Virus record (IMG/VR): IMGVR_UViG_3300029214_000137
Reading direction: 5' to 3' (one strand)
DNA: 5,421 nucleotides
From: a virus
Lineage: Duplodnaviria > Heunggongvirae > Uroviricota > Caudoviricetes
In this document: in pieces, positions 5,094-5,421 of the stretch
How positions within the stretch are numbered: the stretch's first letter is position 1
Layout of the letters: each line of letters begins with the position of its first letter
Program-made: the position numbers and the translations under genes
The notes under the pieces: generated by a model
What the model was told of the DNA's origin: nothing
The model's database searches: none
Seen by the model: the letters and a program-made list of their open reading frames with translations, nothing else

Positions 5094-5421
5094 AGCTGAT
5101 CCTGCCGTTTCCCCCCAGCGTGAACACGTACTGGCGACACCCCAACAAAGGGGCTTTTGCAGGTAAGAGCCTGATAAGCGCGGCGGGGCGTAAATTCCAG
5201 GGCGCGGCGTGTGCCGCCATCATTGAGCAGTTACGCCGTCTGCCGAAACCAACGTCGGCACCAGCTTCAGTGGAGATCGTGTTGTTTCCTCCGGATAACC
5301 GGATCCGCGATCTGGACAACTATAACAAGGCGCTGTTTGACGCCCTGACCCACGCGGGTGTGTGGGAAGACGACAGTCAGGTGAAAAGAATGCTGGTGGA
5401 GTGGGGACCGGTTATCCCGGA
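5090..5421 (+). CDS. rusA: RusA-family Holliday junction resolvase (5' part; continues beyond window end)
   Basis: ATG at 5090 overlaps the stop of the preceding gene (ATGA). Translation MKLILPFPPSVNTYWRHPNKGAFAG...IVLFPPDNRIRDLDNYNKALFDALTHAGVWEDDSQV matches RusA hallmarks (PPS-x-N-x-Y, RRRDLDN-like acidic catalytic cluster, FDAL, DD). Not in the ORF track because it has no stop inside the window. Confidence 0.85.
   Translation, partial: MKLILPFPPSVNTYWRHPNKGAFAGKSLISAAGRKFQGAACAAIIEQLRRLPKPTSAPASVEIVLFPPDNRIRDLDNYNKALFDALTHAGVWEDDSQVKRMLVEWGPVIP

Noticed and set aside
1-5421. CRISPR array, rRNA/tRNA genes, insertion sequences or integrase
   Set aside because: No spaced direct repeats, no transposase-like or integrase-like ORF, and no cloverleaf candidates found by eye. 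Attachment sites and integrase are presumably outside this window.

Overview
This window reads as the early/immunity region of a lambdoid enterobacterial prophage (CPS-53/KplE1- or Rac-like flavour). All calls come from reading the sequence and the ORF translations; no database search was run. Left to right: the 5' part of a leftward HD-domain phosphohydrolase gene (1-316, -); a ~350-bp non-coding gap holding a 15-bp perfect inverted repeat (441-529) and a second hairpin (539-573); a rightward AT-rich orphan ORF (672-1013); the first leftward gene of the early-left operon (951-1259) behind a PL-like promoter inside an OL-like operator cluster (~1357-1412); a rightward AT-rich cargo gene (1465-2355) encoding four TerB-like helical repeats fused to a C-terminal BRCT domain; a cI-like HTH + S24-peptidase repressor (2338-3024, -); an OR-like operator cluster (3050-3140) sharing an exact 12-mer and a 14/16 16-mer with OL; then a rightward operon of cro-like (3160-3408), CII/YdaT-like (3431-3988), phage Dam-type N6-adenine methyltransferase (4117-4770), LexA-DNA-binding-domain-only protein (4767-5093) and the 5' part of RusA resolvase (5090-5421). 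No tRNA, rRNA, CRISPR array or IS element was seen. The strongest candidate for an undescribed system is the TerB-repeat/BRCT gene: it sits where rexAB sits in lambda and its 3' end convergently overlaps the repressor gene, which fits a prophage exclusion/defence (or anti-defence) moron. Its function is inference only.
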